NCBI GenBank assembly: GCA_028534125.1
Contig: CM052816.1
Location: 95,358,001-95,422,000 of the forward strand
DNA from: Lama glama
Lineage: Eukaryota
Length of the DNA stretch: 64,000 bases
Reading direction: 5' to 3'
Under the pieces are notes generated by a model that was given only the letters and a program-made list of their open reading frames with translations, ran no database searches and was not told the origin of the DNA. Below are positions 51,963 to 64,000 of this stretch, piece by piece (positions within the stretch are counted from its first letter, which is position 1; every line of letters begins with the position of its first letter). The position numbers and the translations under genes are program-made.

Positions 51963-53847
51963 TATGTATTTGTGTACCATTCTGCTAGTATCTTACTTTT
52001 AAAATTGTAGTTTCCTATATACTTATGTTCAAAGACATGTGCAAGAATGTTCATAGAAGCTCCATTCATAACACTACCTCCAAAATGGAAACTACCATTT
52101 TGCCTAAATTTGGCAAATAAATCTGAATAAAAAAATTTTGGTATATTCACACAATTTAATACTACATAACAGAATAAACCAACCAAAATTGCCAACCACA
52201 ATTTAGATTTATCTCACAAAGTGATATTGAGAGATAAAGATACACAAAGAGTATCTACAGCTATACAAATGTGTAAAAATTCAAAACCACGAAAAACATA
52301 CATTTAAAAATCAGGATAAAGGTTAGCTCTAGAGAAAGGCAGCAGTAAGGACTAGCAGAGGCCTGACGAGAACCAAAGGTTCCAGGTCAAGATGAAACAG
52401 TCCCTATTCCTCCCGCCAAAGCCGGGACATCACATACAAAACAAATGTAAGGCGACTCTAAAAGGTGACGAGAAAGCAGACCAGCAGAAGGAGCTGCAAC
52501 CTCAAGGAACTACGAGGCAGCGAGTCCTCTGGGTCTGTGTTTTGCCTATGTATCCTGGATTGCTGACTGAGGTGGAGAAGCTGGCCACCTAGAAACACCA
52601 ATGAGAACAGACCAAAAAATTTCCCCCAAAAGCCTGTTCTTTCTAGTCAAGACCAGGAAAGGGACAACCCAGCAAGACAAAAAAGTTTTAGATAATAATT
52701 GCTGCTGTACCCCAGCAAAAAAGCACAAGAAAAAAATCTGACCCCACCACCTGTGACAGTCAAGGACAAGTGGGCAGTATACTTAAATTAGCTAACCCTA
52801 TTTCAGTTCCTCAGGCCCAACTAAATTATCAAGCAAGTTAATGAGAAAACGAGGATTAAAACCTAACTTCAATTTCAAAAGACATCTTTTGACTTTATTA
52901 TGCACCTTGTGTATAACATATGCATATGTCAAGTTTTCTTGAATGTTTGTTTTTCAAAATTTAATGTCAATATCCTATATATCTCTACCATCTACTCCTC
53001 CAGCTTTATTATATTCTTCTGTTTGCACAATAGATTGCCCCTCTGATAAAACACATTACATTATTGAAATATAAGGGTAAAAATGACTAGGGAGTACAGC
53101 AGCTAATGAAGAAGCAGTTTCATTACTAGTGGACACTTCTACATTTTGCCAAGTTCTCTCTCTTTGTAAACTGTTTGAGTCCTTTGCCCACCTTACTAAT
53201 TGGAGTCTTAACAATAAGAAAATAGTCCCCCAAAAAATTTTCAGCAAAAGCTGAACAGATACACTTCACCAAAGAAGTTATACAAATGAAAACAACGCTA
53301 ACATCATTAGGGAAATGCAAATTAAAATCACAATTAAAAATGCTGATGGCTGCACAGCAATGTGCCTATATTTAATGTCACTGAATTACACTTAAAAATG
53401 CTTACATTGGTAAATTTTACCATCAATGTTTTAATTAAAAACATTTTAAAAAAGTTTAAATCACAGTAAGATACCACTATATAACTATTAAAACAACAAA
53501 AAGAAAAACACATAACCCCTTACCACACATTCAGCAATCCTATTTCTAGGCATTTAAGCTAGTAAAATGACAACTTATGTTCACACAAAAACCTATGTGA
53601 ATACATATAATGATTTTATTCATAATTCCCCAAAACTGGAAACAATTGACCAAAGCATTCACAATTGGGAAATTTATAAACAAACTATGGTACATCCCTG
53701 CAATAGACTACTATTCAGCAATAAAAAGGAACAAATTGCTGATACATGCAACAATGTGAATGAATCTCAAATGCATTATGTTAAGTGAAAGAAGTGAGAC
53801 TCAAAAAGCTACATACTGTTTAATTCCATTTATAACATTCTTGAAAA

Positions 53848-53959
53848 TACATGTATGTATATGCATGACTGAGATATTATGCTGTACACCAGAGACAGAC
53901 ACATTATAATATACTTCAATAAAATAATAATAATAAAATAATAATAATAAAAATAATAT
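53848..53959 (+). mobile_element. 5'-truncated young L1 3' end nested in an older L1
   Basis: Perfect 15-bp TSD taacattcttgaaaa (53833-53847 and 53960-53974); (AAT)n tail. Confidence 0.8.
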
Positions 53960-54344
53960 TAACATTCTTGAAAAGGTAAAACTATAGAGACAGAAACAGT
54001 TCAGTGATTGCCAGGGTCTGGGGGTGGAGCTGACCATAAAAGGGCACGGAGATACTTTGGGGAGTGAAAGAACTATTCTACACCTTTGATTGTGGTGGCT
54101 AAATGACTATATCCATTTCCAAAAAATTTAAAGACATTAAATAATGATACTTCAATTTTGAAAAATCAAAAGACCTTCTGCAGTAGTGTCTAAGTAGATG
54201 TGGGAAGAAAGAACAAATGACAAAAGGTAGTAATATGAAAAAAAAATACTGTTCCCTCTCTAAAATATGGTCTAATGAAGTTGTAGACTGAAATGCATCC
54301 CAATGAGCACACCTACTTCATCCAACCAGGCAGGAATTAATGTT

Positions 54345-54735
54345 GTTAGGGACTACAGAAACCAGCAGCATTAGTCATCAAACATTTTTGACTTCCACTT
54401 TCTGGTTATATGGCAGGACTGCACTTTCCTGCCACCTCTGAAATAATACATGGACATGTGACTTGCTTTGGTCAATGAAATATGAGCTATAATGATGTGT
54501 ATCATTTCTAGGTAGAAGTTCTGGGCACTGATGAACACAATTCATCATACCGAACGTTCTTGCCTCAATGATTGTGGAATCACGTGCCAAGACATAGTCT
54601 CCAATCTAAATCTCCAGGTGACCAGAGTTAGCATCTCTCCCCACCCACACTGGGCATGATAGGTCAGTGAGGAACTAACCTTTTGTTGCTTTAAGCTGCT
54701 CAGGTTTGGGGGTCATTTGAGACTAAGACATACAT
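54345..54735 (+). mobile_element. MLT1 (MaLR) LTR fragment
   Basis: catgtgacttgctttggtcaatgaaat; ttttgttgctttaagctgct. Confidence 0.6.
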
Positions 54736-54752
54736 TAGGTCTCAGCAGCTTC

Positions 54753-54763
54753 ACACACACCTT

Positions 54764-54790
<27 letters not shown>
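54753..54790. repeat. Interrupted (CA)n microsatellite
   Basis: cacacacaccttcacacacacacacacacacacacacac. Confidence 0.9.
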
Positions 54791-54795
<5 letters not shown>

Positions 54796-54799
54796 TCAG

Positions 54800-55180
54800 G
54801 AGTTGGGGTGAAAAGGAAAAGGGGAGGTGATGTTCAAAGGTTAGAAAGTTCCCATTGCATAAGATAAGAAAGCTCTGGAGATGTATTATTCAGCATAATG
54901 TCTACAGCTAACAATGCTTTGTATTATACACTTCACAGAGGATCTACTCTCAGAAAATTTTAAGTGTTCTTACTACACAGACAAGTAACAAAGGGGACAG
55001 GAGGAAACTTCAGGAGGTGATGGATATGTCTATGGCCTTGGTTTGATGAATGTACACTTATCTCCAAACTTATTAAGATGTATACATAATATATACATAC
55101 ATATCTTTTTTATATGTCAATCATACCTCAATAAAATGATTTAAAACAACAAAAAACAAATAACAATTAAAAAAAAAAAA
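54800..55180 (+). mobile_element. L1MA/MB-type 3' UTR with A-rich tail
   Basis: ggaggtgatggatatgtctatggcctt...gtcaatcatacctcaataaa then A-rich tail. Confidence 0.7.
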
Positions 55181-55218
55181 CAAGCACAACTACCACTAAC
55201 ATAGAAAGTCAAAGAAAA

Positions 55219-55691
55219 CTCTTTCCACCATCTTTCCATGCTGCTGTTAATACTGATGGAATGATGTGCCGGATGCTCTCAAGAGCCTTAACAATGCTGA
55301 AAAGAGAGGCAAATGCCAGGTTCTTACCAAGCCATGCTCCAAAGTCATCATCTGCTTTCTAACTGTAATGATGAAACATGGTTACACTGGTCAATTTCAA
55401 ATCATGGATGATCACAGAGCTGGGAAAATTATTATGAACCTCATAGGCAAGTTAAAAACCATGGAGTGATCAGTCCCAGATTTGAAGGGCAACTCAACAA
55501 TCTAGAAAAATGGCAAAGTAACCTGCTTCCCTTCTGTTAGTTTGGTTTCATTGTATTAACAACCTAAGCTGGCATCAAGGACCAGGAAGAAACAAGACCA
55601 AAACATATAGGAGAGAAAATCCTGGAATTCTTTTTCTAGGGATGTACAAATATATGCCAATACAATGCCTCAATGGGAAAAAGAAAACAAA
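55219..55691 (+). pseudogene. RPS15A: Processed pseudogene of ribosomal protein S15a (uS8)
   Basis: Intronless; [27 protein letters not shown]...DDHRAGKI, then [10 protein letters not shown]...KILEFFF*; start codon lost, frameshift near 55460, stops at 55538 and 55565; 5'TOP ctctttcc; A-rich tail. Confidence 0.93.
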
Positions 55692-56459
55692 AACGTCAAA
55701 GAAAGAATAATGTTTTGTTTACTAGGATAAATCCAAACACTGAAAACCTCAGAACAACAAGGCTAAGGGTACAAAAGGAGAGTGAAGGCTATAAAAGGCA
55801 CAGCCCCAGGCTCTGCACTAAAAATGAAAAAACGTTCTGTGGTGGAGTAAGGCTCCCACCAAATTCACATGCAGTAAAATTACAAATCTTACTCAGGCCA
55901 AAGTAAAATCAATGCACTTTGCTGGTTATGAACGCAAACCTACCTAGAACAGTAAGGCAAAGCTCTTCCTGGTTTTCAAAGACAAATTTCTTCTGTTAAA
56001 TCCTGCGGCAACTTTTGTTGTTTTATGTGACTACTTAGTATCTTCACAAAGCATATCTTTTAAAAGTTTCTAGCACAGTGCCCAGCTCAGTGAAGTTTTT
56101 TGAATGAAAAATCTTAGTGAGTGAAGTAAGGAGACAGTCCAAAAGGTGAGAGAGAGGGGGAAAAACCCACCAGTGTGAGGGGTTATCAAGCTGGTGCTAG
56201 CTGTGGAAATCAGCACCCCTTTAGGGCTAGCCCATCCCATCAGGATTTTAAGGCAACAATACAGTTCACCAAATATATTCTAAGTATCTAATATGAGAAA
56301 AAATGAAAAATAACTCTAAAAGCTTTGGGTACATCCTAATGCTGAAGCCAATGTCTATCTTGAAAGTTCTTTCACATAAGATTTCAAAATGTTTCCTTTT
56401 TCCCTCTGGTGATAAACCAGTGATAATTTAACAAGCAAAGGGTTTAATGCATTTTATTT

Positions 56460-56930
56460 TTTAGAGCAGATTACATTTACGTAAAGCGTGAGAAGACAGT
56501 ACGGTGCTCCCAGGTCCACAAGCACCATCTTACATGAGCTGGTACTTGTGTTATACTTAATGAACCCATACTGACACATTATCAGTAACCAAAGCCAACA
56601 GTTTATTCAGATTTCCTTGACCTTTACCTAGTGTCATTCTTTTGTTTCAGAATCCACATTACATTTAGTTGTCATGTCTCCTTAGGCTCCTCTTGGCTCT
56701 GGCAGTTTCTCAGACTTTCCTGGTTTCTGATGACTTTGATCATTTCAAGTAGTATTGCAGGATGCCGTTCTACCAAAATTTGATGGTTTTGCTCATGATT
56801 AGAGTGGGGCTATGGGTTTTAGGGAGGAAAATCACCTAGGTAAGTGCCATTTCATCACATACTATCAACGGTACATACTACCAACATGATTTGACTGTTA
56901 ATGTTGACTTCGATTCACCTGGTTGAAGTA
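56460..56930 (-). mobile_element. L1MC-type 3' UTR fragment
   Basis: cacattacatttagttgtcatgtctccttaggctcctcttggct...tttctcagactttcc. Confidence 0.65.
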
Positions 56931-57140
56931 ACAAGGGATTTTTAATATCTGATTATCAACAAAAATTTTATAATTAGTAGCTATGATTACAGAGGGCAAA
57001 TATTAAAAAATGTATTATTGAAAAGTACTACTCAAAGTATCAGTGGATAACCTGCCTAGCCAAAACCAGGAAAGTGGCTACATAAACTGTGGTACATTCA
57101 CCACATGGAATTTATATAGTCCCTTAAAAATAGCAAATAT

Positions 57141-57270
57141 GGGGGGAAAGTATAGCTCAAGTGGTAGAGCACATGCTTAGCATGCATGAGGTCCTGGGTT
57201 CAATCCTTAGCACCTCCTCTAAAAATAAATAAATAAATCTAATTACCTCCCCCCTCCAAACAAACAAAAA
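57141..57270 (+). mobile_element. tRNA-derived SINE (Vic-1-like)
   Basis: tatagctcaagtggtagagcacatgcttagcatgcatgaggtcctgggttcaatcc; flanking agcaaat TSD-like repeat. Confidence 0.87.
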
Positions 57271-58659
57271 AGCAAATGTAACACCTATATGGCAATATGG
57301 AAAAATGCATAATGTTAAGTAAACAAAGCAGAAATAAAAAATGAACACGCACTGTACTTCCAACTATTTCAGTAAAAACCCCAAAATAGCCTAAAAGCAA
57401 AAGCACAAAAAATGATAGCTGTTGTAATTGGTTAGATGAGAATATGGGTGATTTTCTTCCACTCTTTTTCCAAAGTTCCTAGTGTTTCTACTACTTTTAC
57501 AACTACCAGATAAAAAAATTTTAACTGCTAAAATTTTGTGGAAAATACTTCCTTTTTGACTGTAAAAGTATACCTGTTTTTTTTAAATGTGGATTTGGTA
57601 ATTAGGCCTTGCAAAATAGATTTAAAGTTCCAATTCTCCATGTATACCAAATGTTAGTTATTTCTTCTCTCCCAGGATTACTGACCATTACAAAACCAAC
57701 ATTCATCTGTACTGTTGCTTCTGGAAGCCTGAAAACTACAAGTTCCTTCCTCACTGGGCTTGAGTTACATTCTGTCAAAGAGAAGCATTTCTGTGGAATT
57801 AGAAGATGGAGGGAACATGTAAAGCCATTTTCTACTTCTGGCTCTAAAAACAGCAGCGGCAGCTAGCTGCAGGTACCGCAGACCCCTGCAGTGGTTACAG
57901 AGTTCACAGCAGGGATCCTGCCAGCAGCCCTGGGCAAATGCAGGTTCAGCAGCAGGGGCAGCAGCTCCAAGTTTCAGCAGGAGTGTGCCAAGTATCAGTG
58001 CTTTTCCTCTCAGCTCCAAATGTATCCCTCAGCATCACCTGATCAGTGATAAAAGACTAAACTCTTTTAAACAGTTTTCAAAAACACATTTGTCAGTAGA
58101 GGGTGCTGGAGGGACAACGCAGGAGTGACTGGAGCTTTCCTGCTCCTGCTGCTGTCACCCACAGCCCTACAGATAAGACCCCAACAAACTCCAGGCCCTG
58201 CACCCACAGTGGCACTCCCACTCTCTCTGTAGGGCCACCACCAACCCTGGCTCTCCTGCACACACCCTGGAGGGCTGTCTCCTGCTCACCCACAAACTGT
58301 GGACCACCTCTGGCTTGGACAATTCCATGCCTCTCCAATGAAGTCTGAACCACAGCTGCAGGAGGGCCCCAGCCCTTCCAAGTTTGTCCCCACCTGGATA
58401 CTTTCCTTCCTGCCCAGGGTACCCTTGACAGTAGTCTTTACATCTTTTTAACTATTCTCTTATCATAGCTTAGTAATTCTTCCTCCAGTTAAATTCCTGT
58501 GTGTTTTCTGCCTCCTCACTGGATGCAGAGTGCAAAGGAAAAAAATATCTGAAGAACCAAGTGGAAATTTTAGAACTGAAAAACACAGGGAGTGTGGGCT
58601 CACTCCTGGACTCAGGCTCAACAGCAATAGCTGTCTCAAGAAAAAGGACTCGTTTTATT

Positions 58660-59090
58660 CTTCGGAGTGATTAGCTGAGCTACCTGCTTTTTTCCCCTAT
58701 GAACCACCATTTTTACTATGGAAAAAAAAAATTGACAAACTGCAGTTATTTAGACAGATTTGGGTACTTGGCAGACATTTTGTCATGAAAGAATGAAGTA
58801 AGCCTGAGAACCAAGGAAAACAACTGACACTATTTGCTACCAATGATAAAAATAAAAACTTCAAGCAAAAATTAGGATTTTAGGAAACTTGTATCCACCA
58901 CAATACGCATGAGAGCTGCCCCAATACCTAAAGCCTTTCTGAAACAAGTGGTGATGTTAATGAACGTGAGGTTTTATGTCACCCAGGAAAACGTGTCAAT
59001 GTTTGGAAGATCTGGATAACTTGATCCAATAGCTACCAAATGATCGATATATTATGTTACAAAACCATGCAAGAGTAAAAGATAGTGGAC
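58660..59090 (+). mobile_element. Charlie1-like hAT transposon fragment
   Basis: ttgggtacttggcagacatttt...caaggaaaacaactgaca...ttcaagcaaaaattag. Confidence 0.65.
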
Positions 59091-60149
59091 TTTCAAAAAA
59101 CAGCTTTACTGAGGAATAACTGACATAAAATAAAACACTTACTTAAAAGGATTAGCACTTACTAAGCTTGACATTGGTAAAACCGTCACCACAATCAAAA
59201 TAATGAACATTTCCATCACCACCAAAATTAACTCATGCCTCTCTGTAATTCTCCTTCATCCCCTCCTTCCCTTACCCATCTCCTTCTTCCCTCCCCACTG
59301 ACTGTTCTCCACACACTGATAACCGCCTAGTCACGCCATATAATTTATTACATTTATTTTCTGTCTTCCCTTCCTCCTCTACCGAGCCAAAAATAAAAAT
59401 GTAGGCTAATGAAAGAAGGGATTTTGTCTATTTTGTTACCAGCCTAGTCTAAGTGTATAAAATAGTGCCTGGCTCATAACAGGTGCTCAATAAACACGTG
59501 TCAAATAAGTGCATGTACACTTGGCCGTAAGCATGCCAAAGCAGTGAAAGTTGATATGTGGTAAGAAGAATGAAGCAGACATTACTGGAAGCAGAAATGA
59601 AAGACAATGTGGTTCTAGAAAGATAGGAGCTAGCTGCCTGGTTCTGCAACTTCCCATCCTTTTAACTCCAAATCTAAATCACCTCAAGGTTTTGCCATAA
59701 TAGATACAGAACATGATCAACTGCAATACACTTAGGCTTCATCCCTTCCCAATGAGTATGATTCATAAAGCATAAAGAACAACTACTTTTGCAGTCCATA
59801 AAAAAATGCTGATAAAATGTTATATTATGTTCTGCTAGTGTGAGCAGTAATTTAGAAAAATGGAAGAGAAAAAAGCTCTATGTATCACTAGGTTGAAATT
59901 AGAGCACTCTACTATGGCAAAATGGTTAATATCTTAATGAGGGCTTCATACAACAAAACTTGCTTGCAACATCTATTCCAACAGAGCAGTGCTTTTAGTT
60001 TTTAAAAAAATGTATATCCCTGAACAAAGGACAGATTTTTTTTTTAACTGAAAAATTTCAGTGTACTGCAGGATCGGATGAGGAAGCTGCATATCCAAGA
60101 TCTCCTCAGGCTCTTAAAGTTTAAAGATTTGGTAAGGAATCACATAACA

Positions 60150-62057
60150 GAACTTCTTTCAAAATTGGAGTTAATCCTCTCAAACTCTGCTTTATCAACT
60201 AAATTTACATAATATTCTAAATGCTTCGTTGTCATTTCAACATCCTTCACAGAATCTTCACCAGGAGTAGATTCGGTCTCAAAAAACCACTTTCTTTGTT
60301 TACCCATAACCCCATCTGTTACAGTTTTACAGTGAGATTACAGAATTCAGTCTTATCTTCAGGCTCCACTACTAATTCTAGTTTTCTTGCTGTTTGCACC
60401 ACATCTGCAGTTGCTTCCTCCACTGATGTCTTGAATCCCTCAAAGTCATCCAGGAGGGTTGGAATCAACTTCTCCCAAACTCCCGTTAATGTTGATATTT
60501 TTACCTCTTTCCATGAATCACAAATGTTCTTAATGGCATCTAGAATGGTGAATCCTTTCTAGAATGTTTTCAATTTACTTTCTCTAGATCTCTCAGAGGA
60601 ATTATTATCTATGGCAGCTATAGTCTTTCGGAATGTATTTCTTAAATAGTAAGACTTGAAAATCAAAATTACTTCTTGATCCATGGGCTACAGAATGTAT
60701 GTTGTGTTAGCAGCCATGAAAACAACATTTATCTCGTACCACCTCGATCAGAGCTCTTGGGTGACCAGGGACATTGTCAATAAGCAGTAATATTTTGAAA
60801 GGAATGTTTTCTTCTGAGCTGTAGGCCTCAGCAATGGGCTTAAAATATTCAACAAACCATGCTGTCATCTAGGCTTTGTTGTTCCATATATAGAACACAG
60901 GCATAATTAATTAGGATAATTCTTAAGAGCCCTAGGATTTTCAGAATGGTAAATGAGCAGTGATATCAATTTCAAGTCACCACCTACATTAGCCCCAACA
61001 AGAGTCAGCCTGTCCTTTGAAGCTCTGAAGCCAGGCACTGACTTCTCCTCTCTAGCTATGGAAGTCCTAGATGGCATCTTCCTCCCATACAAGGCTGTTC
61101 CATCCATCCACACTGAAAATCTGTTGTTCAGTGTAGCCACCTTCATTATCTTAGCTACATCTTCTCGATAACTTGATTCAATTTCCACATCAGTACTTGC
61201 TGCTTCACTTTGTACTCTGGTATTACGGAGACAACTCCTTTCCTTAAACCTCATGAACCAACCTCTGCTAGCTTCAAACTCTTCCGCAGCTTCCTCAATT
61301 TTCTCAGCCTTCACAGAACTGAAGAGTCAGACCCCAGCTCTGAATTAGACTTTGGCTTTAGGGAGTGCTGTGGCTGGTGGGAGCTTCTCTCCAGACCACT
61401 AAAACTTTCTCCCCATCAGCACCGAGGCTGTTTCTCTTTCTTATCATCGTGGGTTCACTGAAATAGCACTTACATTTTCTTCAGTAACTTATCCTTTGAA
61501 TCCACAACCTGGCTAACTGGCGCAAGAGGCCTAGCTTTCAGCCTATCTCGAATTTCAACGTGCATTCCTCACTAAGCTTAATTTCTAGTTTATGATTAAA
61601 AGTGAGAGACACATGACTCCTCCTTTCACTTGAACACTCAGAGACCACTGTAGAGTTATTAAATGGCCTAATTTCAATATTGTTGTGTTTCAAGGCCTGA
61701 CGGGGAGGGGGCTGGCCAAGGAAAGAGAAAAAGATGGGAACAGGGGTTAGTGGAGGAGTCAGAATACACAGATTTATCTGTCAAGTCTTCTGTCTTTGTG
61801 GGAAAAGTTCAGGTGCCCCAAAACAATTACAATAGTAACATCACAGATTATCGTAACAAATATAATAATAATGGAAAAAGTTTGAAATATCGAGAGAATT
61901 ACCAAAATGTGACACTGAGACATGAAGTGAGCAAATGCTTTTGGAAAAATGCCACCTACAGACTTGCTTGATACAAGGTTGCCACAAACTCAATTTGTAA
62001 ACAATCAATACCAGCAAAGCTCAATAAAGTGAAGCACAATAAAACAAGGTATGCCTG
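60150..62057 (-). mobile_element. Tigger1 (TcMar/pogo) DNA transposon, about 1.9 kb truncated fossil
   Basis: TIR aaaacaaggtatgcctg followed by TA at 62041-62059; ORF 60907..61314 encodes FEASRGWFMRFKER...KMPSRT.IAREEKS.PGF.ASKDRLTL transposase motifs. Confidence 0.9.
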
Positions 62058-62754
62058 TACTGAGGACAGATTATCTGGTAACTTTACAAAAATAAAATTT
62101 AATACACTGAACACTTTAGAGATCTTTAATATCTAGCAAACACAACATGAAAAGTCAAAATTCATCTGGCAAGTAACCATTTTCTAACAAATCAGTATTG
62201 TCTATTATAAATGTGAAACATTCTAAGCACTATACCATCATATATGGTAACATTAGAGGAAAGAAACACGCTATTTTTAAGGAGATGGAAATGTTAACAC
62301 TATTTGCAGGTTGGTATTTTAGTAACACTTTAAAAAATTTTTTTTAAATGTTTCTTTCATAACCAGATAAAAACCCAATTGCATTTTTTTTTAATTTAAG
62401 ATATTATCTGGAATAGCTCATTTAACAAACAGAAGTTGTTTCCAAGTTTTTTGGTATTTTCACTGTATCATTTTTATCATTAAATCTTTAATCCTCCCTT
62501 TCCTTCCAGCATTTTTTCAAGCTAAATTTACATTAATTTTGAAAATTTCAGGAGACTTCCAATTTGGAATTATGCAAAATTAGGCATGAGAAGTTTTAAA
62601 ATCCACTTTCATTTCATGACTAATAGTGTCATAAAACAAACGAAAAATAAAGTTTTGTCGAATTATATAAATGATTCATCTTATAAAATGAGTGAGAAAA
62701 ATATAGTTATCTCAATATTGGACACAGGTATCTACTTATAAAAATCTAATTTAA

Positions 62755-62970
62755 CAATGGAAGTCTGACAGATCTGAGTTTGAATCTTGCCTCTGACATG
62801 TTACCTGTATGACCTTGGGTAAGTTACTTAATCATACTAACCCTCAGTTTCCTCATCTGTAAAAAAGGAATACTGCCCACCTAAGTGTTAGGAGAATTAA
62901 ATGAGATGTGAATGAAGTGTTTAGTAAAGTACTTGCCATACATCAAGTCCTCAGTGAATGTCAGTTACTT
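62755..62970 (+). mobile_element. MIR SINE (other MIR remnants near 12450-12650, 38400-38540, 46100-46250, 63445-63620)
   Basis: gaccttgggtaagttacttaa...cctcagtttcctcatctgtaaaa MIR core. Confidence 0.8.
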
Positions 62971-64000
62971 CAATAAAGAATAGTGTTCAAGTCAACAAAG
63001 AAATATCATTTATATCTCACATTGATTGTAATTTTACAAGGAAAAAAATGAACTAGAAGCACACTGAAAATACTTCTTTAATGATTCCACATAACTTTGA
63101 GATCCTGCAATTTCTGAATTACCACTATCACACCATAAATGTATGCAAGCACTAAGTGCCCAGGCTCAGAGAACAGGAATTTAATAAAACATAACAGTAC
63201 ATATCAAGTGATAAATAAATGAATGCATGCCTTACTAGAGTAAGTCATTAAAATCTGAATCCGCCCACGTAGATGGAAATTTACACACTAGGGCCATCTG
63301 TCAAAAGAAAGTAATTCCTAACCTCCTCAGCAGCTTCACTTTATTATTTTTTCCAAAGGAGTGTCTGTTGGCGATTATCTTCACTCACGGTATATAATAA
63401 AAACAACTGAGACATAATGAAAGGAAAACTATTTGTTATCCGAATACCCAGGTTCAAATCTGTCTTTTACTCGGGTGTGAAACTTGGACAAGCCATTGAA
63501 ATAACTAAGCCTGAACTTCCACATCTGTAAAATAATACCCACCTATTCCATAGGGCTTTTAGTAAGGTCAAGGTGAAGACATGTAAATATGCTTTGTGAA
63601 CTGTCAAGTATAACATGCAAATGCCATTACAGCTGGTTATTATAGAAGGCAAAACTTCTTCAAAAAAATAATTGATTCTTTCCACTCATTATATATATAC
63701 ACATCAAATTTTTTATCACTCGTTATTACATGCCACGACAGTCCCCAATTGTCTTCATCTAAAAATCACCACAATCACAACGCATAAGGCTGAAAGACGC
63801 TTATCATATCCCCACATAATATACCCAAAGCATAAACGTATCTTCACTGATAACCAAACACATCAAGAAACAGAATAGTAATTTCCTCTACAGACTTACT
63901 AAATTAAGCGGCAGTCTCTAAAAAGATAAAACTGCTTAAAAACAACCCAACTACCTCCACTGGATAAGCAAATGCATTTCAATAGTCATAGATGTTCAGT

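Noticed and set aside
47339..55691. 18S copy and RPS15A (uS8) copy in the same intron as a linked small-subunit module
   Set aside because: Opposite strands, about 6 kb apart, apparently different mechanisms, both disabled; ribosomal retrocopies are common, so coincidence suffices
60907..61314. Tigger transposase ORF as a domesticated TIGD-type gene
   Set aside because: Only a 135-aa open segment of a truncated, decayed element with the frame broken on both sides
46622..64000. MARCHF6 exon 1 or promoter CpG island
   Set aside because: No CpG island or MDTAEE-coding exon seen; the region is all intron 1

Overview
Mammalian (probably camelid, from Vic-1-type tRNA-derived SINEs) genomic DNA lying entirely inside the MARCHF6 (MARCH6/TEB4, Doa10-like ER E3 ubiquitin ligase) gene on the minus strand. 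I resolved 24 consecutive coding exons (exons 2-25 by human numbering as I recall it; 46621 down to 920; 2623 nt). All have GT-AG boundaries and compatible phases, forming one open frame. Exon 1 lies beyond 64000 and the last exon before position 1. The introns hold ordinary eutherian repeats (L1, L2, MIR, MLT1, MER21, Tigger, Charlie, MER3, MER81) and camelid SINEs. Most notable: (1) a nearly full-length, heavily decayed 18S rRNA copy in intron 1 with GC-rich flanks that may be ETS/ITS1 remnants; (2) a U12-type (minor spliceosome) intron 12; (3) a full-length RPS15A processed pseudogene retaining its 5'TOP start and probable TSDs; (4) a candidate poison or mutually exclusive exon in intron 10. 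I found no evidence of a wholly new multi-gene system. Most ORFs in the track are spurious or exon read-throughs. Repeat family names and comparisons to human sequences are from memory, not database searches.
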